Below, piece after piece: positions 18,130 through 26,920 of a stretch of DNA of 64,000 nt; positions within the stretch are counted from its first letter, which is position 1; each line of letters opens with the position of its first letter. The translations under genes were made by a program, and so were the position numbers. The notes under the pieces are model-generated. The model searched no databases. It was not told where the DNA came from and was given only the letters and a program-made list of their open reading frames with translations. This stretch comes from Sumerlaeia bacterium (GTDB lineage: Bacteria; Sumerlaeota; Sumerlaeia; SLMS01; JAHLLQ01). Where the stretch lies: positions 32,001 to 96,000 of the forward strand of contig JAVJSW010000039.1 of assembly GCA_040219255.1 (NCBI GenBank), read 5' to 3'.

Positions 18130-19848
18130 CTATCCTTTCCGCGGGCTCGCGGACGAGGCGTTTTCCATCGCGTCCGCAAATTCGTAGTAGTATTCGTAAC
18201 CTTGCTCGGTGAGGAACTTGTGGCGTTCATCGGCGAATTCCTGCTCGACCGTGTTGTGACTCACGACGGAGTAGAAGTGAGCCACGTTTTCGATGCCTTC
18301 GCCTTTGGGGCGCAGGACCCGGCCGAGGCGCTGGGCCTCCTGCTGGCGGGATCCGAAGGCGCCGCTGAGCTGGATGGCGACGTTGGCGTCGGGCAGATCG
18401 ATGGCGAAATCGGCGACCTTCGACACCACGATGACTTGAATGCGCTTGGCCTTGAAGTCGGAGTAGAGCTTTTCGCGCTCTTTGTTGGGCGTCTTGCCGG
18501 TGATGATGGGGGCCTTGAGTTCCTCGGAGACGAGGTTGAGTTGCTTGAGGTAGTCGCCGATGACCAGGATGTTATCGCCGCGATGGCGTTCGATGAGGCG
18601 GGAGACGGCGCCCATTTTGGCGGGGTTTTCGGCAGCGATGCGGAATTGTTCGCGGCGGTCGACGACGGCGTATTCCTGCTTGATGTCTTTGGGCAGTTCG
18701 ACGCGGACCTCGATGCACCTGGCGCTGGCGATCCAGCCCTGGCCTTCGAGGGTCTTCCATGGCATGTCGAATTTTTTGGGGCCGATGAGGCTGAAGACGT
18801 CGTCCTCGGCGCCGTCCTCGCGCACGAGGGTGGCGGTGAGGCCGAGGCGGCGTCGGGCCTGGATGTTGGCGACGGAGCGGAAGACCGGGGCGGGGAGCAT
18901 GTGGACTTCGTCGTAAATGATGAGGCCCCAGTCCTCGGCGTTGAAGACGTCCATGTGGAGGAATTCATCGGTTTTGCTTTTGCGATAGGTGAGCAACTGA
19001 TAGGTGGTCACGGTCACATCGCGGATGTCTTTCACTTCGCCGCTGTATTCGCCGATTTGATCGGGGGCGAGATCGGTTTTGTCGAGGATCTCGGATTTCC
19101 ATTGGCGCAGGGCGGTGATGTTGGTGGTGAGGATGAGGGTTTTCTGGCTGACCTTGGACATGGAGGCGATGCCGATGACGGTTTTGCCGGCGCCGCAGGG
19201 GAGGACGAGGACGCCGGAGCCGCCGTTGACTCCGCCGGCGGCGTAGAAGATTTCGGCGGCGTCGCGCTGGTAGGGGCGCAGGCCGAACTCGCGGCCGGAG
19301 AGGGTTTCCTCGCGCAGCTCGATGGGGAGTGCGGCGCCGTCGCGGTAGCCGGCGAGGTCCTCGACGGGGAAGCGGGCTTTGATGAGGGCCTGCTTGAGGA
19401 GGCCGCGGTTTTCCGGATCGATGCGCAGCCGCGTGTCCGACTCCTGCTCCTCAATGAAGGGCATGACGCGCTTGAGACGGACCACCTGGTCGATGATCGT
19501 TTTGTCGTCGGAGATGAGGTAGAGGTCCTCGCCCTCCTTGATGAGCTTGAGGAGGCCATAGCGGCCCATCCACTCGCGGACCTTTATGAAGAGATTTTCG
19601 GGAACGGGGTACTTGGCGAAGCCGCCGATGGCGTCGCAGACTTCTTGCGCTTCCATGCCGGAGGCGGCGGCGTTCCAGAGGCTGAGGGGTGTGACTTCGT
19701 AGGTGTGGATGTGCTCGGGGGATTTGACGAGGCGGGCGAAGCGGGCGAGGGCGTCGCGGGCTTCGGTGTACAGGGGGCTGTTGACCTCCAGCAGGAGCGA
19801 CATGTCGCCTTGGGCGATGAGTGGGTTTTCCGGATTGAATTGGAACAT
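18130..19848 (-). CDS. XPB/Ssl2-like SF2 DNA repair helicase
   Basis: N-terminal KSPEHIHTY..TPLSLWNA; LRPYQ, LPCGAGKT, DEVH, GLTATLVRED (RED motif) and GSRQQEAQRLGRVLRPK. Confidence 0.95.
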   Translation of the reverse strand: MFQFNPENPLIAQGDMSLLLEVNSPLYTEARDALARFARLVKSPEHIHTYEVTPLSLWNAAASGMEAQEVCDAIGGFAKYPVPENLFIKVREWMGRYGLLKLIKEGEDLYLISDDKTIIDQVVRLKRVMPFIEEQESDTRLRIDPENRGLLKQALIKARFPVEDLAGYRDGAALPIELREETLSGREFGLRPYQRDAAEIFYAAGGVNGGSGVLVLPCGAGKTVIGIASMSKVSQKTLILTTNITALRQWKSEILDKTDLAPDQIGEYSGEVKDIRDVTVTTYQLLTYRKSKTDEFLHMDVFNAEDWGLIIYDEVHMLPAPVFRSVANIQARRRLGLTATLVREDGAEDDVFSLIGPKKFDMPWKTLEGQGWIASARCIEVRVELPKDIKQEYAVVDRREQFRIAAENPAKMGAVSRLIERHRGDNILVIGDYLKQLNLVSEELKAPIITGKTPNKEREKLYSDFKAKRIQVIVVSKVADFAIDLPDANVAIQLSGAFGSRQQEAQRLGRVLRPKGEGIENVAHFYSVVSHNTVEQEFADERHKFLTEQGYEYYYEFADAMENASSASPRKG

Positions 19849-20013
19849 GAAAGGGCAATCCAGCGTGCGAGGACTAAGGGGAATCGGGGTGCTCCGCGGC
19901 GTTTGAAAAAGTGGCGGCGAAGGGGGACGACGTGGTGGATTCGGACATCGGATTTCGCCGCTCTTGCCCGCTTCGGTGAATCATGACAGGCCTAACCGTG
20001 AGGGATGAAGCTG

Positions 20014-20256
20014 TCAATTGCGAACACCGGGGCGGGGCTGGTAATTCGTTTCGGCTCGGGGCGATGGGGTCTGGAAGCGAGTTTCCGCGGCGGGAGCGGG
20101 TGGCGGCGCGGCGAGTTCTTCGCCGGCGGACGGGTTGCCGTAACTCGGCAGGGCGGAGGGTTCCATCTTGATGGGTTGGCGCAGGAAGAGCGACGCGGCG
20201 AGGAAGAGTAGGGCTCCACCGAGAAGCATGATCTGCAGCGAGAGGTCGCGGTTCAT
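20014..20256 (-). CDS. Possible small single-pass membrane protein
   Basis: 80-aa ORF with N-terminal hydrophobic helix (LQIMLLGGALLFLAASLFL) and Pro-rich tail, co-oriented upstream of XPB. No family recognised. Confidence 0.4.
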   Translation of the reverse strand: MNRDLSLQIMLLGGALLFLAASLFLRQPIKMEPSALPSYGNPSAGEELAAPPPAPAAETRFQTPSPRAETNYQPRPGVRN

Positions 20257-20692
20257 CGGAACAGAGTCACCAGACGTTCAAAAAGAATTCCCGGGGTTCG
20301 GGGAAAAACGGAGGGGGAAAATCCAGTCCGCCGCCCAATCTCCACGGGCCCGGGGACCTTGAAGCGCCGGGATTGGAATGTCAAACCGGGACCGCTCCCC
20401 CTGTGGAAAAAAAACGAAGGGAATTGCCAGGGGTAAGGATTTGCCCAAAAATCTGGGAAATGGTTTTCCCAATTCCCCCGATGGCAGCCCTCGGATTCCC
20501 AAACAAAAACCTGGCCGGTGCCCAAGATTCGGTCTTGAAAATGCCCAGTGTTTGGGCATTTATTGTGAAACGTTCGCCGCGAGTGTAAGTTTCCCGCGAG
20601 TTGTTGGTACGGGGAATGCGATCCGGGGGAGTGCTCTCGGTGAGGAAATCGTTAGCTCCGATGGTACCAAGGGAAGGAACCGGCCACCGAAT

Positions 20693-21613
20693 ATGAGTCT
20701 GATCTCCAGCCTCCGGAGTCTCGTGGATCGCATTCAAGAGTGGTTGCTCAAGGTCGAGCGATCGCAGGGCGAGCACGCGCGGGAGATTTTGAACCCGCCC
20801 CCGGCGGAGGGGATGGAGCACGACAGCCTGCGGCGCGACCGCAACGGTGCGCTGTACCTGGACCTGGACAGTCAGGGGGAAGAGCCGCCGATGCCGCCGC
20901 CGGCGCCGCCGAAGCGAGCGGCGGGGGTCTCGCGGGAGTCGCGGGCGTCGTCGCCCGACCCGCTCGTTCCGCTGCCAGATCGGGTGGCGGGCATTCGGAC
21001 GCGCCAAAGGGGCGAAGCGGCTGGCAATCAGAACGGCGTGGTGCAGAACGAGACGAACGACACGATTTACAACCAGCGGAATGAGCTGGTGGGGCTCGTC
21101 CACGAGAAGTACGCGAAGTATGGGGACACGATCGCGACGGCGATTCTGTCGAAGGTGTTCCTGCCGAACGGGTTGGATTTGCTGCTGGGTAAGCTGGAGC
21201 TGACGCCGAGCGGGGATCCGTTTCGGGATCACGACCGGGTGGCGGAGTTGATCGACCGCCATGGGGTGGAAGCGTTTTGCCAGCGTGCGGGCATCAAGTA
21301 CGATGCGGAGAAGGTGATGCGCGAGCAGCAGCGTTATACCAGCAGCCAAAAGCAGCAGCGGGTGAACGAGTACCAGAAGAACCTGGTGCAGAACGGGGTG
21401 TCGTCGAAGGTGAAGCTGAAGCAGACGAACATCAAGCCGCTGACGTTGACGGACACGCAGGAGATCAAGAAGCGCAGTATCGCTCCGGCGCCCCCCACGC
21501 CTGCGCCGCCGGCGAAGGTCGAGGCTGCGCCCAACGCGGCGTCGGCTTTTCTGGACAAGGAATGCGACACGAGTTCGTTCTACCGGATCGATCCGGACGG
21601 GAACAAGAAGTAG
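20693..21613 (+). CDS. Hypothetical protein
   Basis: From ATG 20693 (MSLISSLRSLVDRIQEWLL) codon usage is gene-like; globular core flanked by Pro-rich segments. No family recognised. Confidence 0.75.
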   Translation: MSLISSLRSLVDRIQEWLLKVERSQGEHAREILNPPPAEGMEHDSLRRDRNGALYLDLDSQGEEPPMPPPAPPKRAAGVSRESRASSPDPLVPLPDRVAGIRTRQRGEAAGNQNGVVQNETNDTIYNQRNELVGLVHEKYAKYGDTIATAILSKVFLPNGLDLLLGKLELTPSGDPFRDHDRVAELIDRHGVEAFCQRAGIKYDAEKVMREQQRYTSSQKQQRVNEYQKNLVQNGVSSKVKLKQTNIKPLTLTDTQEIKKRSIAPAPPTPAPPAKVEAAPNAASAFLDKECDTSSFYRIDPDGNKK

Positions 21614-21700
21614 CGGGAAGGCGGGGATGGGGATGGCGGTCATGGGGCGTGCTCTCCTGAAGTGATCGGTGTGGCGGCTCGTTGGGGTTTTGGCCGCCGA

Positions 21701-21800
21701 CACGCGTGAGGAGAACACAAAGGGTTCGGTTTGTCCCCTCATGTGGCAACTCGGGGACAAGAAAGACAAAATACACTTATTGCACTTATAAGACAACGGC
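21701..21800. repeat. Dispersed intergenic element, copy 2 (copy 1 at ~327-435)
   Basis: Shares blocks with 327-435; contains hairpin TTGTCCCC-N14-GGGGACAA. Confidence 0.8.
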
Positions 21801-21849
21801 CGCCGGAGCACGGATCTTTGAAAAGGTTCGACTTATGATTTTGCCTTGA

Positions 21850-22485
21850 TCAGTGGTACCAGCGGGCCGCGAAGGATGGCGGAGGGGGAACGTGCAGACC
21901 ATCGACGGGATAGAGTCCATCGAGCATCTCGACGAGTTTTTCGAGCGGCAGGCCGACGACGTTGTAGTAGTCGCCTTCGAGGCGCGTGACGAATTCGCCG
22001 GCGCGTTCCTGGATGGCGTAGGAGCCGGCTTTGTCGAAGATGGGGTCGTGGGCGATGGTGTGCTGGATTTCTTCCGGGGCCAGGGTGCGGAAGGTGACGC
22101 GGGTGGTGGCGCTGTCGAGGAGGACGTCGCCGCCGTCGGCTTTGGCGAGGGCGATGGCGGTGATGACCTGATGGGTCTGACCGCTGAGGTTGCCGAGCAT
22201 CCAGCGGGCGTCAGCGGCGTCGGTGGGTTTGCCATAGAGGACGTCGCGGTGGGTGACGACGGTGTCGGCGGCGATGACGAGAGCGTTGTCGCCGTGGCAC
22301 TTAGCGGCGACGTCCTTGGCCTTTGCGTAGGCGGCGCGGATGGCGAAGGTGCGGGGATGGTCGGCGGGGATGGCCCGTTCGTCCACGTCGGAGGTCAGGA
22401 CCTCGAACTGTAAGCCCATCTGGGTCAGGAGTTCGCGACGGCGTGGCGAACCGGAGGCGAGGACGAGGCGGGGGACGCCAGCCAT
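21850..22485 (-). CDS. maf: Maf family nucleoside triphosphate pyrophosphatase
   Basis: LVLASGSPRRRELL, IAADTVV, YGKP, DKAGSYAIQ and YYNVVGLP. Start overlaps the upstream stop codon. Confidence 0.95.
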   Translation of the reverse strand: MAGVPRLVLASGSPRRRELLTQMGLQFEVLTSDVDERAIPADHPRTFAIRAAYAKAKDVAAKCHGDNALVIAADTVVTHRDVLYGKPTDAADARWMLGNLSGQTHQVITAIALAKADGGDVLLDSATTRVTFRTLAPEEIQHTIAHDPIFDKAGSYAIQERAGEFVTRLEGDYYNVVGLPLEKLVEMLDGLYPVDGLHVPPPPSFAARWYH

Positions 22486-24176
22486 CAGTCGTGGCTCCGG
22501 GCGGCGACGCGGCGTTTGATGCGGGCTTTGCCCTCGGCGTTGAGCTGCTTGACGGCGTCGGGGAACCACTGCCAGGGCGTCAGGACCGAGTCCTGATAGA
22601 CGTTCGAGTTGGCCACGTAGATCGAGGTTTGGTCGGACCCGGCGGCGACGCGCTGGAACTTCACGCCGCTCTCCTGGACCTTGATTTCGTCGATGATTTC
22701 GATGCCGTCGTCCTGGAAAGCGAGGCGGCGGCGGAAGGCAATGGGCTGGCGGTTTTTGCCGGTGATGAGGATTTTCTGGAGCAGCGACCGGACCAGGTTC
22801 GCGTTGAAGCGGCCGATGGTCAGGAGCAGGACGCGGAAGACGATCTGCTTGGCGGGCGTGGGCAGGGGCTGGCTGCGCTTCTGGAAGACGCCGCGGACTT
22901 CCAGGCTGCGGCGGTCTTCGCCGACCTGGACCTTGTTGTTGTCGTCCACGATGTGGGTGACGACAACGGTGCCGTCTTCGCGTTCGGCGGTCAGGCCGGT
23001 GTCGCTGGCGATGGCGCCTTGGGCGTCGAAGGCTTTGAAGACGCCGCCTTTGTTGGCGGCGGCGACGGCGTGGTAGTGGGGCGTTTTGACGACGAGGATC
23101 TGGGCCTCGGGGAACCAGTGGGTTTCGGTGGATTGGGGCAGGGAAATGGTGGGTTGGCGGTCGGGCGTGTAGTCGCGCCAGGCCTGCATCCAATCGTAAA
23201 CGTAGTGGGCGGCCATGCGGTCGTCGTCGTTGTAGTAGCGGCGGCGCTCGGGCAGGGCGCGCTGCAGATAGGTTTCGACGATCTGGCCGGCTTCTGGAAC
23301 GCGGTTGGCCATGACTTCGAAGCCGTGAGGGTAGAAGTGGTAGGTGTTCCGGCTGCCGTATTCACCGCCGTAGGAGCCGTCGGGGTGCATGAAGTTATGG
23401 GCGAACTTGATGGCGCGCTCGAGAGGTTCGAGGAGGGCTTCGTCGCGGGATTTCTGCCAGAGTTTGGCGAAGAAGCTGATGGAGCAGGTGTGATAACCCG
23501 GGTCGGCGCCTTCGTATTCCTGGAACCAGCCCTCGTCCTTCTGCCATGACAGGGCGAGGTCCTTGAAGCTGTCGCTGCCCTCGCGGAAGTCCTGGTCGCC
23601 GGTCAGGATATAGACGTTGTAGAGGGCGAGCGCGGCGAAGGCCTGATGGTTGGCGAGTTGGCCCGTTTCGTTGTGGCCGAGGAGCCAGCGGCCGCGGCGG
23701 CTGAGGAATTCGAGGTGGCGGTCGTCGTTGAGTCCGAGCTCGATGGCGGCTTCCGCCATGGCGTAGAGCGAGAAGGTGAGGGCGCCGAGGGCGCGCTCGT
23801 AGGGGAAATAGTCGTCGCAGGACCCGTTGGGATAGGCGGACTTGCGGGCGTAATCGATGCCGGCCTCGGCGAGTTCGCGGAGCCGTTCCTGACCGTAGTA
23901 GACGTTGCCGGGCATGTCGAGTTTGTAGGCGAGGGCGAGGGGCAGGACGAATTCCTGGTGCATGCCGCAGGGGAAATCCATGGTGCGGTAGTGCCAGAAG
24001 CTGCGGTCGAAGCAGCCGTAGGTGCGGCTGAGCGGGTTCTTGTCGACCATGAGGATGAGGCGGGGCAGGGCGCGGACGGCTTCCCAGGCGTACCAGTCGC
24101 GATGGCCGGGGGCGGGCAGGGGGAACTGGCGTCCCGGGGCGGGCGCGGAGGGATCGGAGAATGACTGATCGGTCAC
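22485..24176 (-). CDS. Conserved hypothetical protein, probable (alpha/alpha)-barrel of the type seen in polysaccharide loci
   Basis: GTG at 24176 overlaps the upstream stop. Motifs YGCFDRSFWHY..DF, GWFQEYEGADPGY and PDGSYGGEYGSRNT. Confidence 0.75.
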   Translation of the reverse strand: MTDQSFSDPSAPAPGRQFPLPAPGHRDWYAWEAVRALPRLILMVDKNPLSRTYGCFDRSFWHYRTMDFPCGMHQEFVLPLALAYKLDMPGNVYYGQERLRELAEAGIDYARKSAYPNGSCDDYFPYERALGALTFSLYAMAEAAIELGLNDDRHLEFLSRRGRWLLGHNETGQLANHQAFAALALYNVYILTGDQDFREGSDSFKDLALSWQKDEGWFQEYEGADPGYHTCSISFFAKLWQKSRDEALLEPLERAIKFAHNFMHPDGSYGGEYGSRNTYHFYPHGFEVMANRVPEAGQIVETYLQRALPERRRYYNDDDRMAAHYVYDWMQAWRDYTPDRQPTISLPQSTETHWFPEAQILVVKTPHYHAVAAANKGGVFKAFDAQGAIASDTGLTAEREDGTVVVTHIVDDNNKVQVGEDRRSLEVRGVFQKRSQPLPTPAKQIVFRVLLLTIGRFNANLVRSLLQKILITGKNRQPIAFRRRLAFQDDGIEIIDEIKVQESGVKFQRVAAGSDQTSIYVANSNVYQDSVLTPWQWFPDAVKQLNAEGKARIKRRVAARSHD

Positions 24177-26479
24177 GGGGCGAGCGCGCCTCCCTTTGCC
24201 GTGGAAACTTGCAGGGAGAGAAGGGTGAGGGGCTGGGCTTCGCGGCGCGAGGAGAAACCGAACATCTCGAAGGCGAAGGCGTAGTCGGGGTCGCTGATGC
24301 CGGCGGGGATGACGTAGTACATGTCGTAGTCGCGGCCGGCGGCGTCGGGCCCGAGATCGGCCCAGGGCCCTGGGCCGGGATCGATGAGGAGGGTTTCGGT
24401 GTGCTCGAAGGACTGGTTGCTGGCGCGAAGGCGGACGGCGGTGGCGTCGGCGGGGATGGTGGCTTCGGTGGAAATGGTCCATCGCAGGCGAACCACGTCG
24501 CCGGGAGCGAAGCCTTCGAGGAAGGGGCTGACCCAGCCGCCGAAGCAATTGGGGGCGCCCTGCTCGGTCATGGAGAGGCCTTCCTTGGCGAGGTCGAAGT
24601 CGAAATCGGGGGCGGCGAAGCCGGGGGTGGCGTTGAAGGAGGTCCAGCCCTCCTCGTTCACGTCGAAGGTGTAGGTGCGCAGTTCGGTGAAGCGGGCGTC
24701 GTAGGCGGTCTTGTCGACAAGGGTGGCTTCCCATTGCTCCCAGTCGATGGGGGTGGAGAGGAAGACGCGGCCGGAGCTGCTGAACTTGAGCATGTCGAGG
24801 GCGGTGCGGAAGGCGGCGGGGGTGTCGGTGGCGTCGGTGCGCAGGCCTCCGCCGAGGAAGTCGGTGACGATATAGTAGTCGGCGCCAGCGGCCGGGGGCA
24901 TGGCGGAGCCGATGCTGCGGGGCTGGATGGCGGAGGTGGCGACGACGCGGCTCTCGGCGTTGAGGCGCATGCGCATTTCGGGGGCCAGCAGGGCATTGTC
25001 GCCGCGGCTGGAGAGGCGATACCGGACGATGGCGACGGAGTCTTCGGGCTGAGTGACGGGCCGGTCCTTTTGCTCGACGAAGCCGAAGAGGTTGGGCTGC
25101 TCGCCGTAGAATCGGAAGCCGTGGGCCAGAGTATCGACGGCGATCGGACCGAAGGAGCCGGAGTCCTGGATGACGACCCATTCGCTCAGGTCCGGGCCCA
25201 TGGTGGTTTTGAAGGTGTTGCGGCCTTCGACGGCGCCGAGGTCCTGGAGGGGGCCCTGGACGCGGGCATGGCCGCGCACATCCACGGGGAGTTGATTGGC
25301 GGGCGGCTGGACCACATCGCGGGCGGGCGAGTCGGCCTGGAGGCGGAAGTCTTCGGCGGCGCGGTCCTGGAAGCTGGGCGTGGTGAAGAGGTTGTCAGCG
25401 ACGGTGCCGAGGTTCATCATCTCGCTGGTGAACTCGTCCTGGGAATTGAGATTGATGGCGTCGTTTTCCCGGTAGGCGGCAACGGTATTGCCCCAGAAGA
25501 GGTTGTCGGTGACTTCGCCGCCGGGGGTGCCGGTGCCGAGTTCGGCGGCGCCGTAGGACGCGTTGTAGGCGAGGATGTTGCGCTGGAGCGCGGGTGCCGC
25601 CAGCGTCATGGCGACGCCCGATGCGCGGTTGCGGGCGATGGTGTTGCCCTGGAGTTGGGCGATGCTGTTGGTGATGTCGACGCCGACGTTGTTCAGGGTG
25701 ATCATGTTGCCCTGGAGTACCGGTGAAGAGCGGTTGATCTGGACGCCGTTGCCGGTGTTGCGGCTGATCAGGTTGTTGCGGATCAGGCCGGTGGATTCGT
25801 TGAACATGCCGAGGGCTGTGCTGTCGCCTTCGACGAGGCGGCTTTGCTCGAGCATGAGGACCGCGTTGTCGCGGGTGGTGATGGCGCGGCCGTCGAGGTC
25901 GTCGAAGGTACACTCGGTGACGGTGGCCATGGCCTGGCCCTGGACTTCGACGCCGCCGATGCCGTCGGTGAAGCGGCAGCGATGGACTTCGGCCTCGGCG
26001 GTGCCGCGGATCAGGATCGCGGCGCCCTGGTTGGCTTCGAAGTCGCAGTTTTCGAGGCGGGCGCCATCGAGCAGTTCGGCGGTGTAGAAGCCGCCGGAGA
26101 AGGTGAGGTAGCGCAGGGTGGCGCTGGGGGCGATGGTGGCGCCGGGAATGGGCAGGCCAAGGTTATCGCTCTTGTCGGGCAGCAGGAGGCGCGAGGCGCC
26201 GGCGTTGCTGAGGAAATCGTCGGGGCGGAAGCCGCCGACGACCTCGACGTTGGCGAAGGTGAGGGGCTCGGCGACGGGGTAATCTCCGGTGGCGAGGAGG
26301 ACGGTCTCGGGGTCCGTGGAGAGCGCGTGGGCGATGGTGGCGAAGGGGGCTTCCTGGGTGCCGGGGTTGGCGTCGCTGCCGGTGGAGACGGAGACGTAGA
26401 CGGTCTGGGCGGCGGCGAGGGAAATGAGCGCAGAGAAGCAGGCGGCGAGAAAGGCAGAGAGAAGCGGCGAGCGCGGCAC
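24173..26479 (-). CDS. Secreted right-handed beta-helix (DUF1565/pectin-lyase-like) protein with two C-terminal beta-sandwich domains
   Basis: Signal peptide; TVYVSVSTGSDANPGTQEAPFATIAHAL; parallel beta-helix repeats (IRNNLISRN, LQGNTIARN); DFRLQADSPARD...DLGAVE. Confidence 0.85.
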   Translation of the reverse strand: MPRSPLLSAFLAACFSALISLAAAQTVYVSVSTGSDANPGTQEAPFATIAHALSTDPETVLLATGDYPVAEPLTFANVEVVGGFRPDDFLSNAGASRLLLPDKSDNLGLPIPGATIAPSATLRYLTFSGGFYTAELLDGARLENCDFEANQGAAILIRGTAEAEVHRCRFTDGIGGVEVQGQAMATVTECTFDDLDGRAITTRDNAVLMLEQSRLVEGDSTALGMFNESTGLIRNNLISRNTGNGVQINRSSPVLQGNMITLNNVGVDITNSIAQLQGNTIARNRASGVAMTLAAPALQRNILAYNASYGAAELGTGTPGGEVTDNLFWGNTVAAYRENDAINLNSQDEFTSEMMNLGTVADNLFTTPSFQDRAAEDFRLQADSPARDVVQPPANQLPVDVRGHARVQGPLQDLGAVEGRNTFKTTMGPDLSEWVVIQDSGSFGPIAVDTLAHGFRFYGEQPNLFGFVEQKDRPVTQPEDSVAIVRYRLSSRGDNALLAPEMRMRLNAESRVVATSAIQPRSIGSAMPPAAGADYYIVTDFLGGGLRTDATDTPAAFRTALDMLKFSSSGRVFLSTPIDWEQWEATLVDKTAYDARFTELRTYTFDVNEEGWTSFNATPGFAAPDFDFDLAKEGLSMTEQGAPNCFGGWVSPFLEGFAPGDVVRLRWTISTEATIPADATAVRLRASNQSFEHTETLLIDPGPGPWADLGPDAAGRDYDMYYVIPAGISDPDYAFAFEMFGFSSRREAQPLTLLSLQVSTAKGGALAP

Positions 26480-26618
26480 GATGTCAGGGTCCTTGCGGGT
26501 TCAACAGCGGAAATAAAGAAAAGTCCGGTTGGCAAGTGTGGAACGCGGACGGGGAAGCGTCACGCCGGAGGCGTGGGCTGTCAACGGCATGCTGGGCGGT
26601 GTGGTGGGCAGGATGACT

Positions 26619-26902
26619 TTACCACGGAGACGCGGAGGCACGGAGGTGTGGCTGGCGAGACATTGAGGTTCCTGGCTCCATTTGACGAATAAAGCCGCAG
26701 ATGGCCTCTTGTTCCAGGCGCCCTGGATTTGCCTTCGCGGAGAGTTTCACATCGCGTCCGCTATTCGTTTCCACACAAAGGGGAAAAACGGTTCTGAGAC
26801 ACCCATAGAGACCCAGGAAACCCAAGAGTTCCAAACATCTGCGTTTATCACGTTATCAGCCGCAAATTCTTCTTTCTCCGTGCCTTCGTGTCTCCGTGGT
26901 AA
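26619..26902. repeat. 284-bp element bounded by 27-bp inverted repeats (REP/MITE-like)
   Basis: TTACCACGGAGACGCGGAGGCACGGAG (26619-26645) versus reverse complement of 26876-26902 TTACCACGGAGACACGAAGGCACGGAG: 25/27 identical. Confidence 0.8.
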
Positions 26903-26920
26903 TTTCCTTTTTGGAAAGAG

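Noticed and set aside
15113-18187. 1024-aa ORF on the + strand
   Set aside because: Antisense shadow of the XPB partner gene; long stop-free antisense frames are expected at high GC, and it has no protein motifs.
15263-19848. Helicase plus WYL as an anti-phage defence system
   Set aside because: It matches the chromosomal XPB/partner arrangement, with no nuclease, methylase or defence-island context.
21850-23193. 447-aa extended Maf fusion
   Set aside because: The extension overlaps the upstream gene; Maf homology begins at ATG 22485.
22485-25181. 898-aa version of the hypothetical protein
   Set aside because: The N-terminal part overlaps the beta-helix gene out of frame; the real start is most likely GTG 24176.
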